From the NCBI GenBank assembly GCA_963733195.1, contig CAVTCR010000081.1, positions 128,001 to 192,000 of the forward strand: a stretch of DNA of 64,000 nucleotides, written 5' to 3'. Within the stretch, counting starts at the first letter, position 1. Each line of letters starts with the position of its first letter. The notes beneath the pieces are model-generated. The model had not been told where the DNA came from. It ran no database searches and saw only the letters and a program-made list of their open reading frames with translations. This DNA is from an uncultured delta proteobacterium (GTDB lineage: Bacteria > Desulfobacterota > Binatia > Bin18). A program made the translations under genes and the position numbers. Below, one piece after another: positions 30,927-41,189 of the stretch.

Positions 30927-31439
30927 ATGGCAGTCAAAAGGCAAAGAGACAGTCGAGAGTCCAAGGTCCAAGATCTAGAGTCTTTCGCATTACGCATTAC
31001 GTGTTACGTGTTACGCACCCTTTGGCCTTTGGACTTGAGACTTTGGACTTCGTTCGTATTGCTATGGTTGTTCCTTACTCCGATTAGCGCTGCTGCGCAA
31101 ATGACGGGTGGGGGATGGACGATAAGCCTCTACGGTATGGTACAGGTTGAGCCAGGCAATGGTGTTACCACGCTGAAAGTCAGAGACGAACACATCCGTT
31201 TCGTCATTCATAACATCCAGTGTTCCGATCGAAACTTTTCAACCGGGCGTTTCCTGTCGGATGTGACCAATAGAGAGCCAGGTCTCTACATCAAAGGTCC
31301 GGAAGAATGGTTGGATTTGTTGATTAACGAACGTCCGGGCAAACGTGTCCTGCAAATGCGCGGGGCCTACTACCCAGACTCGCGCATGTTGCTCCTTCAT
31401 AAGCTGGAACGATTTCAGGGAACACCGATACCAAAGTAG
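30927..31439 (+). CDS. Hypothetical exported protein
   Basis: Hydrophobic stretch ending ISAAA-Q; N-region encoded by heptamer arrays; start uncertain. Confidence 0.55.
   Translation: MAVKRQRDSRESKVQDLESFALRITCYVLRTLWPLDLRLWTSFVLLWLFLTPISAAAQMTGGGWTISLYGMVQVEPGNGVTTLKVRDEHIRFVIHNIQCSDRNFSTGRFLSDVTNREPGLYIKGPEEWLDLLINERPGKRVLQMRGAYYPDSRMLLLHKLERFQGTPIPK
30951..31049 (+). repeat. Nested heptamer arrays in a signal-peptide region
   Basis: agtcgag agtccaa ggtccaa gatctag; cattacg cattacg tgttacg tgttacg; ctttggc ctttgga cttgaga ctttgga. Confidence 0.85.
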
Positions 31440-31491
31440 TGAGCCTCTCCGGCTTTTGCCTTGGTCCAAAGCATGGTAACATCCCTACCTA

Positions 31492-33196
<1,705 letters not shown>

Positions 33197-33216
<20 letters not shown>

Positions 33217-33260
33217 AGGATGGGGAGAACAAACCCCTAATTCCTCACCTCCACCTCTAG
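33197..33260 (+). repeat. Heptamer hairpin at the gspE/gspF junction
   Basis: gattgga ggtaaga gttagag gatgggg / cccctaa ttcctca cctccac ctctag. Confidence 0.6.
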
Positions 33261-33265
33261 AAGAT

Positions 33266-34495
33266 ATGCCTATCTACGCATATACAGGGTTAACCTCACA
33301 AGGCCGAACGGTCGCGGGCGTGATCGATGCCGATAGTCCCAAGACTGCCCGGGTGTCGTTACGTCGTACAGGGATTTTCCCGACCGCTGTTCATGAAGAG
33401 CAGGCAAATCGAACCACGGCGACTGGGAGCACTCTAGACACCTCTGGCTACGGGTTTGGCCGTATATCGGCACAAGATTTAGCACTGCTGACGCGACAGT
33501 TTGCGACACTGACTAAAGCGGGACTGGCGCTCATTGAGTGCTTAGGGACGCTTATTGATCAGGTGGAGCAGGTACGCCTCAAACGTGTTCTAACCCACGT
33601 GCGTCAACAGGTGCGTGAAGGGAGATCCTTAGCCGATGCTTTGCAGGCTCATCCCCGAGTGTTCTCCGGAATCTATGTAAACATGGTACGTGCGGGAGAG
33701 GAAAGTGGGACTCTCGAAGCGGTCCTAGCACGATTGGCCGACTACAATGAAAGTCAAGCTCGTCTTCTGCGCACCGTGCAGTCTGCGCTCACATACCCTG
33801 TAATCATGATTGTCGTATCCCTCGCCATCCTCATTTTTCTGTTGACGTATGTGGTCCCTCAAGTCACACGGATTTTTACCGAAACCGGTCGTCCATTGCC
33901 GCTCGCTACACGGATCCTACTTAGTTGTTCTTCATTTTTTGCTGACTACTGGTGGAGCCTGCTTTTGGCCCTCGCGGTTGGAGGACTAGTCGCTGCACGA
34001 CTCATCCGCACCCCAAAAGGACGCGAGTGGTACGATCGTACGCTTTTACGGCTACCGTGGGTGGGGCGCCTGTTTCAGCGTCTGAACGTTGCTCGCTTTG
34101 CCCGTACGTTAAGCACGTTACTTGCCAGCGGAGTGCCAATCCTAACAGCACTCAGTATTGTGACACATTTACTAAGTAACTCCGTGTTGCGGCGTGCGGT
34201 AGAAGGCGCGCGTGCCAGCGTTCAGGAAGGGGAGAGTTTAGCCGCACCGCTGCGGCGGAGTGGTCTTTTTCCTGCTTTGCTGACACAGATGATTGCTGTC
34301 GGGGAGCGGAGTGGGGAGCTAGAGGGTATGTTGGCACGGGCTGCGGATGCGTATGATGAGGAGGTCACTGTCGCCCTCTCGCGGCTGACGAGTCTGTTGG
34401 AACCTCTCACTATTCTGCTGATGGGTGGAGTCATCTTGTTTATCGTGTTGGCGATTCTCCTACCGATCTTTGACCTGAACCAATTAGTGCATTGA
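33266..34495 (+). CDS. gspF: Type II secretion inner-membrane platform protein
   Basis: TRQFATL, AGEESG.L, ALTYP, GERSGEL, LLEP. Confidence 0.95.
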   Translation: MPIYAYTGLTSQGRTVAGVIDADSPKTARVSLRRTGIFPTAVHEEQANRTTATGSTLDTSGYGFGRISAQDLALLTRQFATLTKAGLALIECLGTLIDQVEQVRLKRVLTHVRQQVREGRSLADALQAHPRVFSGIYVNMVRAGEESGTLEAVLARLADYNESQARLLRTVQSALTYPVIMIVVSLAILIFLLTYVVPQVTRIFTETGRPLPLATRILLSCSSFFADYWWSLLLALAVGGLVAARLIRTPKGREWYDRTLLRLPWVGRLFQRLNVARFARTLSTLLASGVPILTALSIVTHLLSNSVLRRAVEGARASVQEGESLAAPLRRSGLFPALLTQMIAVGERSGELEGMLARAADAYDEEVTVALSRLTSLLEPLTILLMGGVILFIVLAILLPIFDLNQLVH

Positions 34496-34544
34496 TGCAT
34501 AGGCAGGGCCTTGCTAAGCTAACTATGGTTGTTGAGGAGGTGGT

Positions 34545-35100
34545 ATGGCGGTATCAAAGTTCAGAGTTCAAAGTTCAAAGTCCAGAGTTCAAAACTTTAA
34601 AGTCTCTAGTTTCTGGCTTCTGGTTCAAAGTCCAGAGTCCAGAGTCCGAACCTCAGCCTACTGGCTACTGGCTACTGGCTACTGACTACCGTTCCCGCGG
34701 CTTCACCCTCATCGAAATCATGGTGGTGGTGTTTATCTTAGGACTATTGGTGACTTTAGTCGCGCCAAAAGTGATGGGGAGAACCGACGAGGCAAAGCGG
34801 ACGAAAGCAGCGGCAGACCTGCGTGCCGTGCAGCAAGCGCTGAATCTCTATCGTCTCGATAATGGCGGCTATCCCACCACCGACCAGGGGTTACAGGCCC
34901 TGGTGACGAAGCCCCAGAATGGAGCGATCCCACAACGTTGGAATCCTGAGGGGTATCTCGAAAAGATGCAGACCGATCCTTGGGGCCATCCGTACATGTA
35001 TCTGAGCAATGGCGAACGCTATTCACTGAAGTCGCTTGGCGCAGATGGTGAGGAAGGTGGGGACGGAAAGTATGCAGATTTGGATAGTCGAGACTTATAG
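34545..35100 (+). CDS. gspG: Major pseudopilin with a repeat-encoded leader (SD-led ATG 34545 is 1 nt out of frame; in-frame ATG at 34525)
   Basis: G/FTLIEIMVV at 34699, YRLDNGGYPTTDQGLQAL, DPWG.PY, SLGADG. Confidence 0.93.
34553..34690 (+). repeat. About 19 heptamers forming the gspG leader
   Basis: ttcaaag/tccagag units, tttctgg units, tactggc x3 tactgac. Confidence 0.9.
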
Positions 35101-35720
35101 GGAGGAAGGAGGGAAACGGCGAAACAGGGAAACGGCGAAAGGGCGACGAACGATCTCTTTACTGTTTCACGTTTCATGTCTCTGACCCAAGCCTCAAGCC
35201 TCAAGCCTCAAACCCCAAAGGTTTTACCCTCCTCGAACTCTCCCTTGTCTTGTTCATCATTGGACTGTTAGTGACGATTCTTCTTCCTCGTTTTGGCGAT
35301 ATTGGTGGAGCACGTTTGGAGAGCAGTGCCCGGCGGCTGGCTGCATTAGTGCGCTACCTGAATGGCGAAGCAGCCTTCAGTGGTCAGGTTTACCGAATTA
35401 GTTATGACCTAGGGGAGCAGTCCTACGCGGTGCAGGTGTTAGTGCCGTCCCGTAGAGCAACCGAGTTCGTGGCTGATTCATCGCCGATGTCGCAGCCGGT
35501 GAGGCTACCGTCGGGTATCGCTTTTGCTGATATTCGCGTTTCCCAGGCTGGGCGGATGAATGCGGGGCAAGTGTTCACGCACTTTTATCCGCAGGGGTAT
35601 GTTGACCCGACAGTAGTGCATTTGCGCGACCAACAGGCACGGATGATGACCGTAATAATCCCGCCAATCACCGGCGAGGCGAAGGTGTATGAAGGGTATG
35701 TGGATGGAACGAACCGATAG
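35072..35720 (+). CDS. gspH: Minor pseudopilin; no in-frame ATG/GTG/TTG before the cleavage site as assembled
   Basis: G/FTLLELSLVLFIIG at 35220, FYPQG; overlapping ATG 35072 is out of frame by 1 nt. Confidence 0.85.
35111..35219 (+). repeat. Octamer plus heptamer arrays forming the gspH leader
   Basis: gggaaacg gcgaaaca gggaaacg gcgaaagg; gtttcac gtttcat; caagcct x3. Confidence 0.9.
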
Positions 35721-36243
35721 GCGTTTGGAGTTCAGAGTCCAGGACCAAAAGTTCGAGGTTCGAGGTTCGAGGTTCGAGGTCCAAAGATATTCAAAGTTCA
35801 AAGTTCGGAGTTCAAAGTCTACGCATCACGCAACACGCAACACGCAACACGGTTCAAGTCCCCAGTCCCCAGTCCCAAGCCCCAAGGGCTTTACCCTCCT
35901 CGAAGTCCTTGTCGCGCTGGCCGTCCTTGCTGTCGCGCTGGTAGGCTTGCTTGGCTTACACAATCGAAACCTGCTGCTGATGATACGAGCAGAGCGGCTG
36001 AGCACTGCGACTTTGCTTGCGCGCGAGGTGCTCACGCGTACGCAGCTAGAAGGTCAAAACGCTGCGAAGGTGACAAATGGTGACTTCTCTGCCTTTCATC
36101 CAGGTCAATATTCAGAGTTCCGTTGGCGTCGGACGGTGCGCCCCGCGCCAGTCGAAGGATTATGGGAACTCCGAGTTAATGTTTTGTGGGGAGAACGGGA
36201 AGACGAACGGTGCGAGTTGACGCTGTTTACACCGTTGAGCTGA
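35689..36243 (+). CDS. gspI: Minor pseudopilin with a leader of up to 67 aa encoded by repeats
   Basis: G/FTLLEVLVALAVLA at 35887, F.WR, V.V.W. Confidence 0.88.
   Translation: MKGMWMERTDRRLEFRVQDQKFEVRGSRFEVQRYSKFKVRSSKSTHHATRNTQHGSSPQSPVPSPKGFTLLEVLVALAVLAVALVGLLGLHNRNLLLMIRAERLSTATLLAREVLTRTQLEGQNAAKVTNGDFSAFHPGQYSEFRWRRTVRPAPVEGLWELRVNVLWGEREDERCELTLFTPLS
35724..35886 (+). repeat. About 22 heptamers forming the gspI leader
   Basis: ttcgagg x4, ttcaaag units, acgcaac x3, tccccag x2 tcccaag ccccaag. Confidence 0.9.
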
Positions 36244-36247
36244 AGAA

Positions 36248-36393
36248 AGTAGTCAGGAGCCAGTAGGAAAAAACGATGAACACGGAACGATGAATGATGA
36301 ACGGAGAACAGAATCCCTCTTTAATTCAGCAGTCAGGCTTCGGCATTCTGCGTTCCCGCTGTGCTGGCTACTGGCTACTGGCTACTGGCTACT
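36248..36393 (+). repeat. Heptamer arrays at the gspI/gspJ junction and in the gspJ leader
   Basis: agtagtc aggagcc agtag; acgatga/atgatga units; ctggcta x4. Confidence 0.9.
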
Positions 36394-37079
36394 CTTCTCG
36401 TGGTTTTACTTTGCTAGAAGTTCTTGTCGCCAGCTCTATCCTTAGCATCGTCCTTGCCATCCTCTACGGCGTGTTCTCACAAACCCTGACAAGTAAACAG
36501 ATCGCGGAGGAACGCTCTACTCTATCCCGTACGGCACGAGTGGTGTTGCTGCGTATAGGGGAAGACTTGCAAGCAAGTTTCCCCTTTGCTCCTGAGAATG
36601 CACGGTTTATTGGCAAGACACACCGGACCTCCACATTTCCTCAGGCGTCATTGTCCTTCATGTCTTTCGCCAATGCGCAATTGACTAACGTCGGTCGTGA
36701 AGGCGATTGGAGTGAGATTGTATACGACCTCGTACCAGATCCCTTCGCGCCGACCTTATGGCAACTGGTACGACGCGTTCATCTTAATTCAGAGCCTGCT
36801 CGCTTTGAACCAGATGAGGAAATTCTGCCACTCCTCTCGCGCGTACAAGGTCTCCGTTTTCGCTTCTTTGATGGACGGACATGGTCTGAAGAATGGGGAC
36901 AAGACCAGACCCGAGGGCGCGTTCCACAAGCTGTTGAAGTCGAAATTATACTAGCAATGGCAGAAAAGCCTGGAGTCAAGAGTAACGAACAGTTAGAGGA
37001 TGTGACGTTCTCAACTCTGGTTGACTTGCCACTGGCTCGCCCAGTTGGAGCTGCGGGGCGCGTTGGAGGAAATTCATGA
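36294..37079 (+). CDS. gspJ: Minor pseudopilin
   Basis: G/FTLLEVLVA at 36402, L.FRFFDG..W..EW, P.AVEV. Confidence 0.88.
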   Translation: MMNGEQNPSLIQQSGFGILRSRCAGYWLLATGYSSRGFTLLEVLVASSILSIVLAILYGVFSQTLTSKQIAEERSTLSRTARVVLLRIGEDLQASFPFAPENARFIGKTHRTSTFPQASLSFMSFANAQLTNVGREGDWSEIVYDLVPDPFAPTLWQLVRRVHLNSEPARFEPDEEILPLLSRVQGLRFRFFDGRTWSEEWGQDQTRGRVPQAVEVEIILAMAEKPGVKSNEQLEDVTFSTLVDLPLARPVGAAGRVGGNS

Positions 37080-38032
37080 GAATGGAATCCTCACACCAGA
37101 CTGGGGCCGCACTCGTCACAACATTACTTGCTGTGACGTTGCTGACTATTGCTGTGGTCGAGTTTGCCTACTCTAGTCAAGTGGACTATCACCTCGCGCA
37201 TAATGCACTCAAGGCATTACAGGCGAACTACCTGGCGCGGTCAGGAGTCAACCTAGCCATGCTCGTGCTTAAGCGTGATGGTCGCTCGGCCTCTGGCATT
37301 GACTCGCTGCGGGATGAATGGGCGCACCCCCTTCCTCCTCTGCCTGTCGGCGAAGGGATGGTGGTGATCCGTGTGAGCGATGAACAGGGAAAAGTAAATC
37401 TGAACGCCCTCCGCAATACGAGCGGAACAATCAATCGCACTTGGCGGGAAGTCACTGAACGTGTGTTTGCCCTTCGCGAGATTGATCTCAATGTTCTGGA
37501 CCCGTTGTTGGATTGGTTGGATGCCGACGATTTTCCCGAGCCACGGGGGGCAGAGCGAGATCACTACGCGCGACTCTCGCCTTCGTATGTGCCGACGAAC
37601 GGCTTTCTCCTGACAATGGGAGAGCTAGGTCGGATCGAGGGGTTTTCGGCGGCTCTGCGTGCTCGGCTAGGGGAGGTCGTCACTGTTCTCCCGAGTAACA
37701 GCACGCCAATCAATGTGAATACGGCTCCTGGAGAAGTGCTTGCGGCGTTGTTTCCGACAGTAGACCATCAGACCCTTGAAGGATTCCTTGTCTCGCGGGT
37801 CGAAACTCCCGTGCATGGAGTCAATGAACTGCGTGATCGTCTCGGCTTCGATCCAAAGGTTTCTCTCGACATGTTGCGATTAGTGTCAGTGCGGAGTGAA
37901 TATTTTGTTGTCACCACGTTGGCAACCGTCGAACCCGTAAGCCAAGGACTCTCCGTTATTATCCAACGTCGCGCGGCAACTGTGACACCTCTCACCTGGC
38001 AGACAGCCCTACCGGTGGCGGTGCAAGGATAA
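37076..38032 (+). CDS. gspK: Minor pseudopilin
   Basis: G/AALVTTL, DEQGKVNLN, DWLDAD, GAE..Y, INVNTAP. Confidence 0.9.
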   Translation: MRMESSHQTGAALVTTLLAVTLLTIAVVEFAYSSQVDYHLAHNALKALQANYLARSGVNLAMLVLKRDGRSASGIDSLRDEWAHPLPPLPVGEGMVVIRVSDEQGKVNLNALRNTSGTINRTWREVTERVFALREIDLNVLDPLLDWLDADDFPEPRGAERDHYARLSPSYVPTNGFLLTMGELGRIEGFSAALRARLGEVVTVLPSNSTPINVNTAPGEVLAALFPTVDHQTLEGFLVSRVETPVHGVNELRDRLGFDPKVSLDMLRLVSVRSEYFVVTTLATVEPVSQGLSVIIQRRAATVTPLTWQTALPVAVQG

Positions 38033-38036
38033 ACCA

Positions 38037-39558
38037 GTGGCACGGCGTATCTTAGCACTTGATCTTGGGTCTCACTCGCTCAAAGCGGCGATGATTGAAA
38101 GTTCGCTGAGTCGCTGCCATGTGACCGGATTCTTTCAGCAGCTTCGTGTGTCAGATCGTTCGTTGGCTGAGCAGCTGCAAGACTTCTGCACTTCGCATCA
38201 GTTACAGGCGGATACGGTGTTGTCCTGTCTCCCAGGAGATATCGTTTCTCACCGATTGTTAAACTTGCCGTTTACTCAGACACGACAAATCAGCCAGGCT
38301 GTTCCTTTTGAACTGGAGAGCCAAATCCCTTTCAGCTTGGATGATATGGTGATCGCTGATCAGATTATCCAGCGGACAGAAGATGGCACGCAGACCCTTG
38401 CCGTAGCAGCGTTGAAGCAGACGATCGCCGAGCATCTCGACGTTTTGATGATGGCGGGATTAGACCCCGCACAAATCATACTCGCTCCATTGGCACCGCT
38501 GACATTGTTGACACTAGCAGGAGCGAACACGAGTGGATTTTCTGCGCTGCTTGATATCGGCGAGAAGCGTACTTCTGTTGTCCTACTCCAGGAGGGAATG
38601 TTTGTTGGTTTACGAACGTTTGAGATCGGCTTGAGTCGTACTGGCGGTTTGGCGGCTTTTCTTCAGGAGTTGCGCTGGACTTTCCTAGCACTGAGTCCAG
38701 ACGAGTCCTTACTGCCTACGAAGATTTTCTTGTGTGGTGGGGGCGCATGCTTTCCTGAATTGCAGAGCGAACTCGAGCGCGAGTTTGCGGTAGAAATTTC
38801 TCCCGTTTCAACAACTCGCTATTCCTTCAATTGCTGAACCTCAACGAGAAAGTCAGGCAGCGTTCGCGACATGCCTTGGGATGGGGTTGCATGAGGCACT
38901 GCGTGGGACAACACCGATGGTGAATCTCCGCCGAGGTGAATTTGTTCCGCAACGCCACAATGAGACTGTTCGCCACGAGTCTCGCCGTCTCGGCTGGTTA
39001 GCGGTTGGGGTTGCTGCGGCTGCCGCACTTGCTTTCATGTTAGATTTGCATCGCTTGAATTTGCGCTATCAGGCGTTACGCCAAGAAACCCGTCGCGCGT
39101 TTGTTGCCACACTACCCGATACACAGACAGTGGTGAACGAAAAGGCACAGCTTGAAGACGCGGTAGAAGCGTTGCAAAAGCGGCAACGCCTCCTACACGG
39201 ATCGTCTACTGGATCACCACTCGATGTTCTCCGTCACTTGAGTGCAGTCGTTCCCGAGCAGATAGCCCTCGATCTTGACGAATGGGCATTTGACGAGGAT
39301 GCCATCCGTCTGCAAGGCACTACCTCGTCGTTTGAAGCAACCGAGGCTATCAAAACTGCTGTTATGAGTCTTGGGCTCTTTCGTGAAGCGCAACTCAAAG
39401 ACGTGAAAACTGTGGCGGGAAGTAAGAAGGTAGCGTTTGGGTTGCAATTGTTCTTCCAGAAAAACGAGACGCAGGAGACAAAACAGGAAGAGAAAAATCG
39501 TGGACACCAAGCAGAAGTAAGGCAACCGAATGCGGATGCTCGAAGGGGAGAAGGATGA
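38037..39558 (+). CDS. gspL: Type II secretion protein L, frameshifted at about 38810-38880
   Basis: LALDLGSHSLK actin-like domain, VPFELESQIPF, LDIG, LCGGGA; second part VNLRRGEF plus TM. Confidence 0.8.
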
Positions 39559-40169
39559 GGAGCTGGCTTTCACTTCCTTCGATGTTCCTCCGAGAAAGAT
39601 TGAGATTGCCTGGCAAGCTCAATGGTGTCGTTCTTGATGTTGTTGCTGGACTTGCTGCTCGCCTTTCGCCCCGAGAACGGGGGTTCGTCGGTCTCGCAGG
39701 GGTCGCCCTTGTTACTCTGTTACTCTCTCTATTTGTCATTGAGCCACTCTGGGATATGCATGGACGCTTGCGGGCAAAAGTTGCAGCAAAAGAACGAGAG
39801 TTAACTGAAGTGGCAGCATTAGCTGATACCTATGAAGCTCTCCGGCGCGAACTGGAAATGGTCGGATCAGCCACTGGTACGGCCCTGTCCCCGTTTGCAT
39901 TTCTCGAAGGACTGACGACGAGTACCCTAGGGCGAGAGAAATTAGCAGCAATCAACCCGGTTGGGCGCGAGGAACGCGGTGGAGTAGCACGAGAGGCCAT
40001 TGAGTTGAAGTTGAGTGGCGTATCGCTGCAAGAGCTAGTGGACCTTTTGTATAAGATTGATGTGACAGGTGCTGCGGTGCGTTGTACCAATCTTGCGATC
40101 AAGAAACGTTATAAGGACCCGTATACTTTCGATGTCACCCTTACCGCCATTGCCCTCAACACCCGATAG
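39555..40169 (+). CDS. gspM: Type II secretion protein M
   Basis: LSPRER plus TM, coiled coil, L.GVSLQELVDLLY.I; operon position. Confidence 0.8.
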   Translation: MRSWLSLPSMFLRERLRLPGKLNGVVLDVVAGLAARLSPRERGFVGLAGVALVTLLLSLFVIEPLWDMHGRLRAKVAAKERELTEVAALADTYEALRRELEMVGSATGTALSPFAFLEGLTTSTLGREKLAAINPVGREERGGVAREAIELKLSGVSLQELVDLLYKIDVTGAAVRCTNLAIKKRYKDPYTFDVTLTAIALNTR

Positions 40170-41088
40170 TGAGGTTGCGCTCTCCGAGACCAGCGCAGTA
40201 CCGGCGATGCTCGTGTTGCGACGATGGACGCCTCCGTTCTCCCCACGTTTTGGATGGGGATTGTATACACTGCTCTGTTTCGGTGTTTTTCTCTTCCTGA
40301 CGTTTCCCGTGGATATTTTGTTACAACGTGTGGTGGTCTCAACAACTCGTGGGACACCGTTACGCGTCCGTTATGCTCAAGGAGAGCTAAATTGGCACGG
40401 GGCTGGTGTCGTGCACGATATGACGATTGAGCATGCGGATACGAACCTCCCTGCGTTCAGACTGAATCGTCTGACTGTCCAACCATCGTGGCTCGGTCTG
40501 TTTTTCGGTCACCCACTGCCGTTGGCTTTTCAGGCTGACTTGTACGGTGGAACGATAAGCGGAACAGTTAAGCAAAGTACGGAGGGACTGAAGACGCATC
40601 TCGTCGTGCAGCGATTAAACTTGGCGCTGTTACCCTTGCTCTTCCCAGGTAAACCTGGAGGACTCAAAGGTTTCCTCACTGGCAGTGGAGATGTCAGTGG
40701 CGATCTCTCGCAGGTGTTTTCTCTGAAAGGCACGCTTGAGCTGGATCTTTCAGAAGGAGCCTTGTCGGCCGGGGTGCTTGGGAAAGTTCCAGTCCCGCCA
40801 TTTCAATCTCTCCAAGGAAAGCTGCGTACAGTGATCCGTGACGGGCGACTCAACATTTCTGACCTCGTCCTTACGGGAGACGGTATTGAAGCCCGCGTGC
40901 AGGGTACACTTACTCTCGGCACCCCACTTCCTCGTAGTGGACTTGATTTTCAACTCACGGCTAAAACCATAGGTTCTCCCCCGCCTCCCTTGGTCGCGCT
41001 GCTTTCACTCCTACCCGTGTCCCCTAACATGCCAGGCGAGCGGCGGGCAACGATTAGTGGTTCGCTTGCTACTCCAGTGATGCGGTAA
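40132..41088 (+). CDS. gspN: Type II secretion protein N (start uncertain)
   Basis: N-terminal TM ending LTFP, ADLYGG, beta-rich repeats, I.GSL..P C-terminus. Confidence 0.75.
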   Translation: MSPLPPLPSTPDSEVALSETSAVPAMLVLRRWTPPFSPRFGWGLYTLLCFGVFLFLTFPVDILLQRVVVSTTRGTPLRVRYAQGELNWHGAGVVHDMTIEHADTNLPAFRLNRLTVQPSWLGLFFGHPLPLAFQADLYGGTISGTVKQSTEGLKTHLVVQRLNLALLPLLFPGKPGGLKGFLTGSGDVSGDLSQVFSLKGTLELDLSEGALSAGVLGKVPVPPFQSLQGKLRTVIRDGRLNISDLVLTGDGIEARVQGTLTLGTPLPRSGLDFQLTAKTIGSPPPPLVALLSLLPVSPNMPGERRATISGSLATPVMR

Positions 41089-41189
41089 AACGCAAACTGA
41101 ACACTACTCCAAGATGGAAGTGTAAACGCCATTCCCTTCCCATCATCTTTTTGCCAGAATACTGGCCACGTTCAGGAGCATCGGTACGC

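Noticed and set aside
34553-36393. CRISPR array interpretation of the repeat tracts
   Set aside because: Units are 7-8 nt in tandem with no unique spacers, and no cas genes are present
38810-38880. Programmed frameshift in gspL (likewise gspD at about 55250)
   Set aside because: No slippery site or repeat seen; best explained as an assembly indel
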